This document shows, piece after piece, positions 30,230 to 39,152 of a stretch of DNA of 64,000 bases. A program made the position numbers and the translations under genes. The notes below the pieces were generated by a model. It was not told where the DNA came from. It saw only the letters and a program-made list of their open reading frames with translations, and made no database searches. The stretch spans positions 124,001 through 188,000 of IMG/VR virus record IMGVR_UViG_3300027708_000012; one strand, written 5' to 3'. The stretch's first letter is position 1, and each line of letters opens with the position of its first letter.

Positions 30230-30923
30230 TTTTAAGTCCTTTTACTTTTTCTATCCAAATATTAATTACTATTGTAACTCTTAAATCTTCTGTATTTTTA
30301 TCACTAGGGTCAACTAAATGATTTATATATGACGGCATGATAATAAAATCATCTTCTTTACAGTCTAAAACTACTGATTCACTGTATTCAGTATTGTTCG
30401 GATCATCTAAATTAAATATATCAGAAACATGACTATATGTTTTATAGTATTGTACAAATGATGACGGATTCATTAATCTAGTACAAGTATGTCCTTCTTT
30501 CAAACTTAGATAGTGTACACATGAAAAACTATACCAATTATCCGTATCGTCTACAGTACCTAAATGATTATGCTGACGCATTTTTTGAACATGCTTATTA
30601 GCTGTTACATTTACTATTCTGTAATGATACTTAATAGGGCAAACAACTGACAAATTATCCATGAATGATTTAATAATCAAATCATATTGAGAATTTAATT
30701 GTGCAAGATCTAATTTTTTAAATTTAGGATTAGTTTCGTCGTTATAAGAATGATGCCAGTTATCTTTATTTTTAGAATCCCATTCATTTCTCAAAGGAGA
30801 AATCTCATAATTTTCTTGTATAATATTAAACAATTCTTGTTTATTATACAACCCAGGAGGGATCGTAGTCTTCCATATTGAAGGACTAAACAAATATAAT
30901 CGAGATAATTCGTTATTACTCAT
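30216..30923 (-). CDS. Putative 2OG-Fe(II) oxygenase
   Basis: LFSPSIW...HNH...FSCVHYL...IMPSYINHLV...RVTIVIN. Confidence 0.7.
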   Translation of the reverse strand: MSNNELSRLYLFSPSIWKTTIPPGLYNKQELFNIIQENYEISPLRNEWDSKNKDNWHHSYNDETNPKFKKLDLAQLNSQYDLIIKSFMDNLSVVCPIKYHYRIVNVTANKHVQKMRQHNHLGTVDDTDNWYSFSCVHYLSLKEGHTCTRLMNPSSFVQYYKTYSHVSDIFNLDDPNNTEYSESVVLDCKEDDFIIMPSYINHLVDPSDKNTEDLRVTIVINIWIEKVKGLKNEQN

Positions 30924-31249
30924 CTTTTTCTAAAATCTTCTACATCTTGAATTGCTGATTTTAATGTTTCTGCATAATTAAGGGCGCCTTGTTTACGTAG
31001 AATTAGTGTCGTTTCTGTATCAATGTACCCTTTACTTAGTAATGACCAAATGTGATACCACCGTGTCTTAGACCAAAAATTACTTTTTACAGTAGCGTAT
31101 ATAGTTACACTAATCTCATTGGCATCTGCTTCTACCCACACATTATGATCATGCTGGGAATCAGTACACTCACAAACAACTCGATAGACTTTACTATCTC
31201 CCCATTCGTTTGTTTTTAGAATGCCTTCAGCTGGTGTTTGGTATTTCAT
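30920..31249 (-). CDS. Hypothetical protein
   Basis: 109 aa ORF with a CxC...H motif. Confidence 0.55.
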   Translation of the reverse strand: MKYQTPAEGILKTNEWGDSKVYRVVCECTDSQHDHNVWVEADANEISVTIYATVKSNFWSKTRWYHIWSLLSKGYIDTETTLILRKQGALNYAETLKSAIQDVEDFRKR

Positions 31250-31362
31250 TTAATTTCTTTAATTATATATTTTGATGCAGGGTAATTTTCTCGAAGCCAT
31301 TCCAACAGACCAGGTTCAACCGGAAAACGAACATTATCAAATTTGTTAGTAATATATTTCAT
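31246..31362 (-). CDS. Small hypothetical protein (38 aa; not in the ORF track)
   Basis: MKYITNKFDNVRFPVEPGLLEWLRENYPASKYIIKEIK; ATGA overlaps at both ends. Confidence 0.6.
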   Translation of the reverse strand: MKYITNKFDNVRFPVEPGLLEWLRENYPASKYIIKEIK

Positions 31363-32096
31363 TTTGAAGCGTACTCTTGTTGCATCTTAATATTGTCAAA
31401 GAACTCTTTCTTAGTACCGTGGTCATCTTTAAATGCACCTTTCAATACTGTTGTCTGCGTCAAACTACTTTTAGCCATAATGCCGCGATTCTCACAACAA
31501 CCGTGTATAGCTTGTACATACACACCTATGTCTCTAGCTTCTGTTGCTTTTTGGATTTCACGGGCAATGTCATTGCAAAGCTCCTCTTGGAGTGTGCCTC
31601 GACGGGCACACCATTGTGCAATACGGGTGTACTTAGATAAACCAATAAGTTTTTGTGCCGCGATAATACCAATATAAGCAACACCGGTAACAGGCTGGTG
31701 ATGATGACTGCACATACTGCGCAACTCACTACGAACAACGAGCATACCTTCATAACGGTCTGCAGAATCATTTGGAAACGCTGTTGCGTCTGGTGCTTGT
31801 TCATACCTACCACTCATTACTTCATTAAAATACATTTTAGCCAATCTCTTGGCTGTGCCTTTTGAATTAGGATCGTTTTCGCGATCAATAAGCAAAGTAT
31901 CTAATACTTTTTCAAAAGCCTCTGTTGCTTCTTTGATTAAAATTGCTTTGTCTTCTTCGCTAACGTATTCGCTAATGTTGTCACCTGCCCAGAAGCGTTT
32001 ATTATCACGCTTCATCTTAAAGCGGATAACATCTGCAAGGTTACACTCTTCGTAGCCTTTATCGTCAATATTTTGATATGTTACGGATTCAGTCAT
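31359..32096 (-). CDS. folE: GTP cyclohydrolase I
   Basis: SMCSHHHQP, IGLSKY.R, LQE and H.C...RG motifs. Confidence 0.95.
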   Translation of the reverse strand: MTESVTYQNIDDKGYEECNLADVIRFKMKRDNKRFWAGDNISEYVSEEDKAILIKEATEAFEKVLDTLLIDRENDPNSKGTAKRLAKMYFNEVMSGRYEQAPDATAFPNDSADRYEGMLVVRSELRSMCSHHHQPVTGVAYIGIIAAQKLIGLSKYTRIAQWCARRGTLQEELCNDIAREIQKATEARDIGVYVQAIHGCCENRGIMAKSSLTQTTVLKGAFKDDHGTKKEFFDNIKMQQEYASK

Positions 32097-32114
32097 TATT
32101 ACTCCTATGTTTGT

Positions 32115-32143
32115 ATTATATAGGTTTATTTAGGTTTTTGCAA
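32115..32143 (-). promoter_or_regulatory. Sigma70-like promoter (with TAAATA in the spacer)
   Basis: TTGCAA-17 nt-TATAAT upstream of folE. Confidence 0.65.
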
Positions 32144-32148
32144 ATATT

Positions 32149-32355
32149 TTATGCTCGAATGTGTTCACTCAATAGTATTTGACACAGATTATAATCTTTT
32201 TGATTTTTAAATGTAAATGTCATATAATCCTCATAAGGCTTATAAACAAAGCGATGTCCAGGTAATCCAAAAACTTCTAAGACAGAAGCGCAACATTCAT
32301 TCCACCAAACCACACTTTGATTATCCCACAAAATTTTAATGGTTAGATCTTGCAT
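32149..32355 (-). CDS. Hypothetical protein
   Basis: 68 aa ORF. Confidence 0.5.
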   Translation of the reverse strand: MQDLTIKILWDNQSVVWWNECCASVLEVFGLPGHRFVYKPYEDYMTFTFKNQKDYNLCQILLSEHIRA

Positions 32356-32506
32356 GTTCGGCGTTCTTTAGTTCGTCTTCAAGATATTCTTTATAACTAG
32401 TAAGTGTTGATATAGCTTGTATGCCTCCAGAACCTTCGGCTAGTTCTAACAAGTTTTTCTCAACTGCGGCAATTTTATCTTTGATTTCTTGAATAGTTAA
32501 AGTCAT
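32336..32506 (-). CDS. Hypothetical small coiled-coil protein
   Basis: Likely start at MTLTIQE (32506), ATGA overlap with the PRTase stop. Confidence 0.5.
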   Translation of the reverse strand: MTLTIQEIKDKIAAVEKNLLELAEGSGGIQAISTLTSYKEYLEDELKNAEHARSNH

Positions 32507-32994
32507 AACCAAAATTCCTCCCAGGGATAAACTAACCAACAATCTTCTTCTGATTTGTTTACAGTCCAAACATAATAGTCTGGATCTTTGAATTGACTGC
32601 TAAAATTGTGTGTCAATACAGCAAAGCGAACAGAATCTCCCCAGATAGCTTTCCATTTAGGATCGTCTGGAAAGCAACCGCTAGGCCAATCATTCTTAAT
32701 CCAATTAACAGTTGATCCTTGATCGTTAATATCATCGACTATCAAAATCTTTTTACCATTAAATGCATCTTCTGCCATGCCGAGGTTGCTAACTGTATCA
32801 CCGCCATCACGTAGACTAATATCTAGGCTGTTCATCTTGATACCCGTGTATTGACTAAGCAGATTAGCGGGAACAAGCCCGCCACGCCCGATGCCTACAA
32901 TGTAGTCAGGCCGCCAATAATGATTTTGCATTTGTCTAGCAATATCTAAGCAAGCACCTTCTACTTGTTGCCAAGTATAATGAATCTTTTTCAT
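32503..32994 (-). CDS. Type I phosphoribosyltransferase (Gpt/xanthine-PRT-like)
   Basis: VGIGRGGLVPA, PRPP loop ILIVDDINDQGST, and W..YPWE. Confidence 0.9.
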   Translation of the reverse strand: MKKIHYTWQQVEGACLDIARQMQNHYWRPDYIVGIGRGGLVPANLLSQYTGIKMNSLDISLRDGGDTVSNLGMAEDAFNGKKILIVDDINDQGSTVNWIKNDWPSGCFPDDPKWKAIWGDSVRFAVLTHNFSSQFKDPDYYVWTVNKSEEDCWLVYPWEEFWL

Positions 32995-33227
32995 AAAGTT
33001 AATGCGTATGCTAATGTGTTTAATTCACTCTTAGTCATAAAGAAGTTATACGTTTGACTATCTATAACTTTGCCGTCTTTCAAATTTTCTTGAATAAGGT
33101 CAAGGCTGTACAACCCTTTAGGACTTAGTACTTCGTGTTTTTCCATGCGTACACGGAAACCTTCCGATTGCTTAATTGTCATTTCTTTTGCAGTGACTGC
33201 AACCGATTCATGTAGTTCTTTCATCAT
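32991..33227 (-). CDS. Hypothetical protein
   Basis: 78 aa ORF with AGGAG SD. Confidence 0.55.
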   Translation of the reverse strand: MMKELHESVAVTAKEMTIKQSEGFRVRMEKHEVLSPKGLYSLDLIQENLKDGKVIDSQTYNFFMTKSELNTLAYALTL

Positions 33228-33658
33228 TCTTCTCCTTTAATTGCTTCAAATGTTCTATACTTACCCAATGCATTTATGTATTCATCATACAGTTTTTTTA
33301 GCTTTGGGTGCTTCTTTTCTAGTTTAACATCTCTTTCGGGAATTTGCAAGACTTTTTCGATTATACTTAGCCTTTCTTCCAAGTCCTGTCCATTTAATAC
33401 TAGTCGACCTTTGACTTCTAATTCCGGAGGATTAGTTTGTTTAACAGTTATTGCAGGATTGACATTGATAGTGCTAGTACCAGTGGTCCAAGCAGTTCCA
33501 TTTGATCCGGTGCTTGTTAAAAATGCACCAGCTGATCCTGTACTATTGGTAGCGTAAACTTGTCCGCTACCACCGCCACCACCTGCCCCACCGCCACCAA
33601 TATATACAGTACTACCAACTAATCCATTATTGACGACGTTCTTCGAGATATGACTCAT
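33224..33658 (-). CDS. Hypothetical protein (Gly/Ser/Thr-rich N-terminus)
   Basis: 144 aa ORF. Confidence 0.5.
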   Translation of the reverse strand: MSHISKNVVNNGLVGSTVYIGGGGAGGGGGSGQVYATNSTGSAGAFLTSTGSNGTAWTTGTSTINVNPAITVKQTNPPELEVKGRLVLNGQDLEERLSIIEKVLQIPERDVKLEKKHPKLKKLYDEYINALGKYRTFEAIKGEE

Positions 33659-34100
33659 TATGTATCCATTTATTTTTTACAAGAAATCCCCACTCACGTT
33701 TTTGAGGACCAGGCATAAACAGCGTCCAGGGTGTTACATTTGGATCTAGCTCAATGCGATGGTAACTACCAGCACTACAAGTGCGAAAATGACCAGGCCT
33801 CCGCCAATGTTTGATTTCACCTATCATTTCTCCTTTGGAATTAAATTCTGGAACATACTCATAATAGCCGCCTGCTAGTATCAGAGTGGCATATGGCCAT
33901 GGATGGTCATGAACATCGCCGGGATCTCCTTTATGAAACTTATGTAAGAATACATTAAAGGGAAAATGTTTACGGTCTTTTAAAAAGATATAGTAGCGAG
34001 TTAACAATGGCTCGTTACTTTGACGATCCATAATAATGCGTTTGCGGTCACGCTGTTCTAGCCAATTAAGGACGCGGTCTCTTATCTTCGGGAGTATCAT
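33627..34100 (-). CDS. Cupin-fold protein
   Basis: HDHPW...GGYYE...YHRIEL...WTLF metal-binding cupin pattern. Confidence 0.7.
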   Translation of the reverse strand: MILPKIRDRVLNWLEQRDRKRIIMDRQSNEPLLTRYYIFLKDRKHFPFNVFLHKFHKGDPGDVHDHPWPYATLILAGGYYEYVPEFNSKGEMIGEIKHWRRPGHFRTCSAGSYHRIELDPNVTPWTLFMPGPQKREWGFLVKNKWIHNESYLEERRQ

Positions 34101-34485
34101 AATGGTCTTTCACAAGTTTATAAACAGTTTTAAATTTTTCAAGTGCTATCTTTAGTCCAGGATATTCCTCGCACATTTTTTGTACACGATTAAAATCTGG
34201 AAAAGTATCAACCCACTCTTCTGGCAAATTAATTTTAAAGCTACTAGTGTCAATACTGATATTATTGAGTGTACTAATTTGTGCAGTAGTTAGTGTTGGA
34301 ATAGTAGACGATATACTAATAGAACCCACGTAGTTGCTAGAGTACGTATACGATGGATAGCTAGTACTAATACTATTTGTATCTATAGTGGTGATTGAAT
34401 TTAAATCAATAGTATCTAAACTACTGATTGTTATAGTATCACTTGATGTTGTTGAGTAACTCGTTGGCTGAGAAGTAGTTGTCAC
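34066..34485 (-). CDS. Hypothetical protein (Ser/Thr-rich N-terminus)
   Basis: 139 aa ORF. The C-terminal 'YPGLKIALEKFK' resembles the end of 33224..33658 ('HPKLKKLYDEY'). Confidence 0.5.
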   Translation of the reverse strand: MTTTSQPTSYSTTSSDTITISSLDTIDLNSITTIDTNSISTSYPSYTYSSNYVGSISISSTIPTLTTAQISTLNNISIDTSSFKINLPEEWVDTFPDFNRVQKMCEEYPGLKIALEKFKTVYKLVKDHYDTPEDKRPRP

Positions 34486-35533
34486 GTAAAGACTCCGTTT
34501 GTTTATGTAGCATTGGCAGTCTAGTTTTATAGTTTTCCATATGATCTATAATTGTTTTACAAACAAAAGGTCTATATGTAGAATATGATTCAAAACTTTC
34601 TGTCCACTCGCTAGGATATTTAAATGTATCAAATGCCATTTCGCTGTAACTAAGTCTATCTGGAACCATAGGGATAGAATCTACAATAGCACCTTCATAC
34701 CAACTAATTCCAAGTGTTTCTTGCAAGTTAGCACTAAACACCATTTTGGATTCGCCTAACAAGTTATGATATTCATTCTTGGTTAGTTGTTGATCCTGAC
34801 ATACTACAAATTCATATTGTGGCAAGTGTGTAGCCAAGTCACGGAATATGTCAACTTGTTTCTCTGGTGCAATGCGATGCGGGAACAAGATAAGATCACG
34901 TTTAGGCATGTTCTTATATGGTAGCAAAGTATCTTCCATATATTCCATAGGCCAACCTGTACGAACCATTTTGCCGTCATCATAGCGTTCAGCAAAATCT
35001 TCTTCGTACCATGGATTTTCGCTAGGATATCCATCTTCTAATAATTCGTCGATGAACAACTTGACATGAAACTCTGTGGCAAAGTAGTTATGATCAAATG
35101 CATGATAGAAACTTTTCTCTGCATGCCTAACCCACTTCTTTTTGCCAACAAGACGTCCTAAGAAATCTTGTGGATCATAACTACCGGCATGCCATAAGCC
35201 ATGTGTAACTACTGGAATATTCAGTAGTTCACTCATGTATTTTAAGTTTACAATGCCAGGATGCCAAGCGTCAGTAAACAAAAAATGATCGCCAGGCTTA
35301 ACTGCTCCGGAGCAAAATAAACGACCCATCTGTTCAACTTGGCTAGCCTTGTATATATTAGTGCCGCCAAAATTGAGAAATGCTCCAGGAGTGGTAGCAC
35401 TAGGAATGTCCGTAGGACCTGATATAATGTTGACATTGTGTCCAGCCTTTTGTAGGAGTTCGGGTACATGGGTCTTCCATTGACCCGTGTACCTTGTCTC
35501 AACTGATTCTAAGTCAATTAAGAATATATTCAT
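34439..35533 (-). CDS. GT-B fold glycosyltransferase
   Basis: ILFPHRIAPEKQ...SANLQETLGISWYEG...PDRLSYSEM, matching the GT4-like ExxGxxxxE motif. Confidence 0.8.
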   Translation of the reverse strand: MNIFLIDLESVETRYTGQWKTHVPELLQKAGHNVNIISGPTDIPSATTPGAFLNFGGTNIYKASQVEQMGRLFCSGAVKPGDHFLFTDAWHPGIVNLKYMSELLNIPVVTHGLWHAGSYDPQDFLGRLVGKKKWVRHAEKSFYHAFDHNYFATEFHVKLFIDELLEDGYPSENPWYEEDFAERYDDGKMVRTGWPMEYMEDTLLPYKNMPKRDLILFPHRIAPEKQVDIFRDLATHLPQYEFVVCQDQQLTKNEYHNLLGESKMVFSANLQETLGISWYEGAIVDSIPMVPDRLSYSEMAFDTFKYPSEWTESFESYSTYRPFVCKTIIDHMENYKTRLPMLHKQTESLRDNYFSANELLNNIK

Positions 35534-35781
35534 TCTACTCGTTCGTATTTAGGATTTTTACCCATGTAAGGTTTACGCTCGCCAGTCCATGCTTTCTTTG
35601 GACGACGTGACTTATCAAAGTTACGCCATTGCCAGCTTTCCCTGTTATACAAATGACTTTCGTCAAATGGTGCACCTTCAATGCGACACCAGTCTAGAAA
35701 TAGCTCTAGGTCTTCAAAGATTTTAACAATATCTGGACGACTCTCGAAGTATGAAAAGTCTTTGTAATTTTTAGTAGCCAT
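35530..35781 (-). CDS. Hypothetical protein
   Basis: 83 aa ORF with GAGG SD. Confidence 0.55.
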   Translation of the reverse strand: MATKNYKDFSYFESRPDIVKIFEDLELFLDWCRIEGAPFDESHLYNRESWQWRNFDKSRRPKKAWTGERKPYMGKNPKYERVE

Positions 35782-35795
35782 AGTAGCCTCTTATT

Positions 35796-36185
35796 TTAAT
35801 ATTTAATAAATGAACCATTTTCTCCGTCTTCGGAGACCTCGATCCAAACCTCACGATCTGGATACTTTTGTGAAATGACTTCATATAAATCGTTTGAAAT
35901 CATTTCACAACTCTTGTAGTCTAATGCTAGTATACTATCTTTGTACAAGTTTAGCAACCATCGTTTAAACTGAATAAACTCAATATCACGGTCATCGTGA
36001 ACTACACTGATCCATACTTTGAAATGGAAAATGTGACGATGCGGATAGCCTAGAAAACTTACATCATATTCGTCGCCTGTTGCCAGGTTAGGATCTGTAA
36101 GTGCAGCCGGATATTTGTGCATACCTTCTTTGTTAAAGGTAACCCAAATCATTTTGTTAGGTCTAACATCTTGTTTAATTTTCAT
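35796..36185 (-). CDS. queD: QueD-like T-fold enzyme (6-carboxytetrahydropterin synthase-like)
   Basis: H...HRHIF..V...DIEF..K...SCE....Y......V.IEVSED pattern, located near folE and queE. Confidence 0.7.
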   Translation of the reverse strand: MKIKQDVRPNKMIWVTFNKEGMHKYPAALTDPNLATGDEYDVSFLGYPHRHIFHFKVWISVVHDDRDIEFIQFKRWLLNLYKDSILALDYKSCEMISNDLYEVISQKYPDREVWIEVSEDGENGSFIKY

Positions 36186-36610
36186 ACTTTTTCCTCAAAC
36201 ATTTCAGGATTTAATTTTACTTCATTTACATATCTAGTCAAGTGATGTCCGTTTTGTTTTGTTACTGACACATGACAATTTCTGCACAGACATTCTAAAT
36301 TTTTAGGGTCATTATTATGACGGTCTCCATCAATATGATTAACATCTAGTTGTTCTGGATAAAGAATTGTTGCTGTACAAGCAAAACCGTGATGAGCGTC
36401 GATGTTGGAACATTTTTGTTTCATTTTCCAATTGTCTACTTCATGTTTTCTAGTAGAACGATGTGGAGTACAAAACATTTTCCATTTAGCTGTTAATGAT
36501 CCGTTTAACTTCTTACCTGCATTGTGATAGCTGGCTCTGTTAGTGCAACCGGGTAAGGCGCACACAGGACTGTAGTTGTTAATTACAGATCGGTTGATTC
36601 TTGTAGTCAT
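36182..36610 (-). CDS. HNH endonuclease with N-terminal Cys/His (Zn-binding) region
   Basis: LDVNHIDGDRHNNDPKNLECLCRNCH. Likely start at MTTRIN (36610) with ATGA overlaps on both sides. Confidence 0.85.
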   Translation of the reverse strand: MTTRINRSVINNYSPVCALPGCTNRASYHNAGKKLNGSLTAKWKMFCTPHRSTRKHEVDNWKMKQKCSNIDAHHGFACTATILYPEQLDVNHIDGDRHNNDPKNLECLCRNCHVSVTKQNGHHLTRYVNEVKLNPEMFEEKV

Positions 36611-37146
36611 GTTGGTGTATCTTGTGTGTACTGATCCCAATGAGTATACTTGTCTTTACTCATTAGGCTCTGCAAGTGATGAGTCCACACACCTGGATTG
36701 GTAGCACCCCAAGTTCGGTCGTCCAGTTTAAGTGTGGCATTGTAGTTGAGTTGATTAATGTAAGGTAACTTAACACTAATCATGGGAACAAAGCGGGGAT
36801 ACTCGTTATAGGCAGACTCTAATACGCCTTCGATGTGTTCAACACCAAAGTCTAGTGACACCCAATAGCCTGCTTTTAGACAGCCTATAATAACTTCATC
36901 CCACGCTTTATATTCTTCTTGCGAAATACTTTTAGGATTAAAACTTTGACTAGTGCCAAAGTAAATGTGTTTAATACGTTTAGACTCATCCCAGTATGCC
37001 TGGGTATCATCAGCCTTACGCAGTATTTCTTCTAGTGGAGGAGTACCTACCACAAACAGTGTAAACATACCATAACAAATAGTATGTTCGACTTCGTAAC
37101 CTGTAAAGTAAACGACACCTTGTCGTTCTTCAGTGTTTAGTCCCAT
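36607..37146 (-). CDS. Hypothetical protein within the modification cluster
   Basis: 179 aa alpha/beta-type ORF (TLFVVG, HIYFG, WVSLDF). Confidence 0.6.
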   Translation of the reverse strand: MGLNTEERQGVVYFTGYEVEHTICYGMFTLFVVGTPPLEEILRKADDTQAYWDESKRIKHIYFGTSQSFNPKSISQEEYKAWDEVIIGCLKAGYWVSLDFGVEHIEGVLESAYNEYPRFVPMISVKLPYINQLNYNATLKLDDRTWGATNPGVWTHHLQSLMSKDKYTHWDQYTQDTPT

Positions 37147-38042
37147 TTAATATAGCCTCTGCTGTAACCGATTGGACGATCCATACCATCCGCAAACGCT
37201 TGTTGCCATTCAGTAGTACGATTATATGACCTTGTCCAGAAAGAATCAACCTCAAGATAACCGTTTTCAATCCAATACTTGGCCATATGCATACAATCAA
37301 TGAATTTTGGATTACGGGGACTAGGTTTAACTGTAGTCACAGCTTTCCAAAGTTGAGACTGTGCTTCCGCTTTGCTTACGGCTTTACCTACGCCGTCTAC
37401 AATCACAGCATTATCATTTAGATTTATCTCTATACCAAGTTCGTATTTTCCAGTAAGGTCCACTACAACATCGTAGCTTTCACTAGTTCCTAACAGTAGT
37501 TTATCTCCCCACAAATCTTGGTTACTTGAACCTAGGACATCTACGTGAAAGATATACCCATTTAGTCGCATTGTATGATATGCAACCCAGGCAAGGAAAC
37601 CACTACCAATTATAAGCATGCGATTGTTATCATGCCGGCCTTGCCGATCATGCAAATACTCCTTGGCCTGCTCAATAAGATTAATACCACAAGCAACTGG
37701 TTCTAAAATATAACGAGGATGTGCTTCGGGAATTTTTACATATTCACCTTTGCGTACAGTATACTGATCAGCATAGGCCGGCTCACCGCGTGTAGCAACA
37801 TAGTCTCCAGTTTGTACGTCATTGCAATTTGCACCAACTGACATAACTTGTCCGATGCCTTCGTGTCCTTGCATGTGCAATGGCAATGGATCAAATTCGC
37901 CCACCATCATATCTATATCGCTACGGCACACACCAGTCATTACAGCTCGGACATAAATGCTATCTTGACCCCAAGCTGGAATTTCATAGTCAACTTCTTC
38001 AAAGTAGCCTTTGCCTTCTGTTTGTAAACACTTTACTTTCAT
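37137..38042 (-). CDS. Zn-dependent medium-chain dehydrogenase/reductase
   Basis: GVCRSD, GHEGIG, EPVAC and IIGSGFLA. Confidence 0.85.
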   Translation of the reverse strand: MKVKCLQTEGKGYFEEVDYEIPAWGQDSIYVRAVMTGVCRSDIDMMVGEFDPLPLHMQGHEGIGQVMSVGANCNDVQTGDYVATRGEPAYADQYTVRKGEYVKIPEAHPRYILEPVACGINLIEQAKEYLHDRQGRHDNNRMLIIGSGFLAWVAYHTMRLNGYIFHVDVLGSSNQDLWGDKLLLGTSESYDVVVDLTGKYELGIEINLNDNAVIVDGVGKAVSKAEAQSQLWKAVTTVKPSPRNPKFIDCMHMAKYWIENGYLEVDSFWTRSYNRTTEWQQAFADGMDRPIGYSRGYIKWD

Positions 38043-38920
38043 AATTTTTCTATTTGTTCATGAATCCATGCGTCTATTTCAAATTGATTAGTCCAGAATT
38101 TAGCATCGTCAACACGACTAACAGCTTCTTTAATCATTGCTGTATATGCTTCTTCTGGACACCATCCTAATTCAAAACGTTCTACTCGATTGCCATCTGT
38201 AATAAATTCAATAGAACTGTCTTCAATGTCCATACTACGCCAATTGGCAGCACATGACCATTTGTTACCAAAATCGATAACACATGCATCATCTACATCA
38301 TATGTTCCGTTAGCATTAATAATTCCGTATTCTGTGCTATCTATATCTTCTAGAACCCAATTCATTAAAGATACTTTATTGTTTACTTTTTCAGAGCGCC
38401 AGTTGGGGTTTATAGCAATATAAAGACTTAATAAATGAGGCATTAAATCACGACTAACACCACCAAAGGATAATTTTTTAGTAGTAAACCAACTACCGGG
38501 ACTAGGAATACAGTTTTTTCTAATCCAACGTATGTTTACTATCTTTGCTTGATTGGCTAATTCTTTTAACTCACTGATGTTACTACGCCACATGTTGTTT
38601 TTAACCATCATGAAACGTGTATATTTAAATTCTTCTAAAAGACGTTGCCATGCAAAGCTATTTGATACCCCAGGCTTTTCTACAAATACAATTTTACTAT
38701 AAGGTGCAACTTTGCTTGCAAGTTCAAAATGTGTAAAATTAGGAGTACAGATATGTGCTGTATCAAATGTTTTATGAATCAAAATGGCTTGATCTACAGA
38801 TGTATACATTGCACCTTTATTTGGATCTTGATCTACTGTAATAATATCATGTCCAAGTTTTTCTAGAACAGTTTTGTACAACTGTCCTATACCCATGCCA
38901 ATAATTAAACTACGCTTCAT
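38039..38920 (-). CDS. Gfo/Idh/MocA family NAD(P) oxidoreductase
   Basis: IIGMGIG, ICTPNFTH, VFVEKP and GGVSRDLMPH. Confidence 0.9.
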   Translation of the reverse strand: MKRSLIIGMGIGQLYKTVLEKLGHDIITVDQDPNKGAMYTSVDQAILIHKTFDTAHICTPNFTHFELASKVAPYSKIVFVEKPGVSNSFAWQRLLEEFKYTRFMMVKNNMWRSNISELKELANQAKIVNIRWIRKNCIPSPGSWFTTKKLSFGGVSRDLMPHLLSLYIAINPNWRSEKVNNKVSLMNWVLEDIDSTEYGIINANGTYDVDDACVIDFGNKWSCAANWRSMDIEDSSIEFITDGNRVERFELGWCPEEAYTAMIKEAVSRVDDAKFWTNQFEIDAWIHEQIEKL

Positions 38921-39152
38921 TTTTATTTTGCTCGTATTGTTTAAACAATCTTGTTACGTCTTCCATGCGTTCTTGGAATACATCAGGCGCCTGAAGTGCT
39001 GTACGCTGCATATCCCAGTCCGTTGGATAGTGTCTCAAACATGATCTTGCACGATCCTTAATTGCTTTAGGAACTCGAGGAGTAGTTAAGATCTCTAGTA
39101 AAAATCTTTGAGTTTGCACTACTGCTCGATATCTTTCGTCAGGTAACGTCAT
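38910..39152 (-). CDS. Hypothetical protein
   Basis: 80 aa ORF. Confidence 0.55.
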   Translation of the reverse strand: MTLPDERYRAVVQTQRFLLEILTTPRVPKAIKDRARSCLRHYPTDWDMQRTALQAPDVFQERMEDVTRLFKQYEQNKNEA

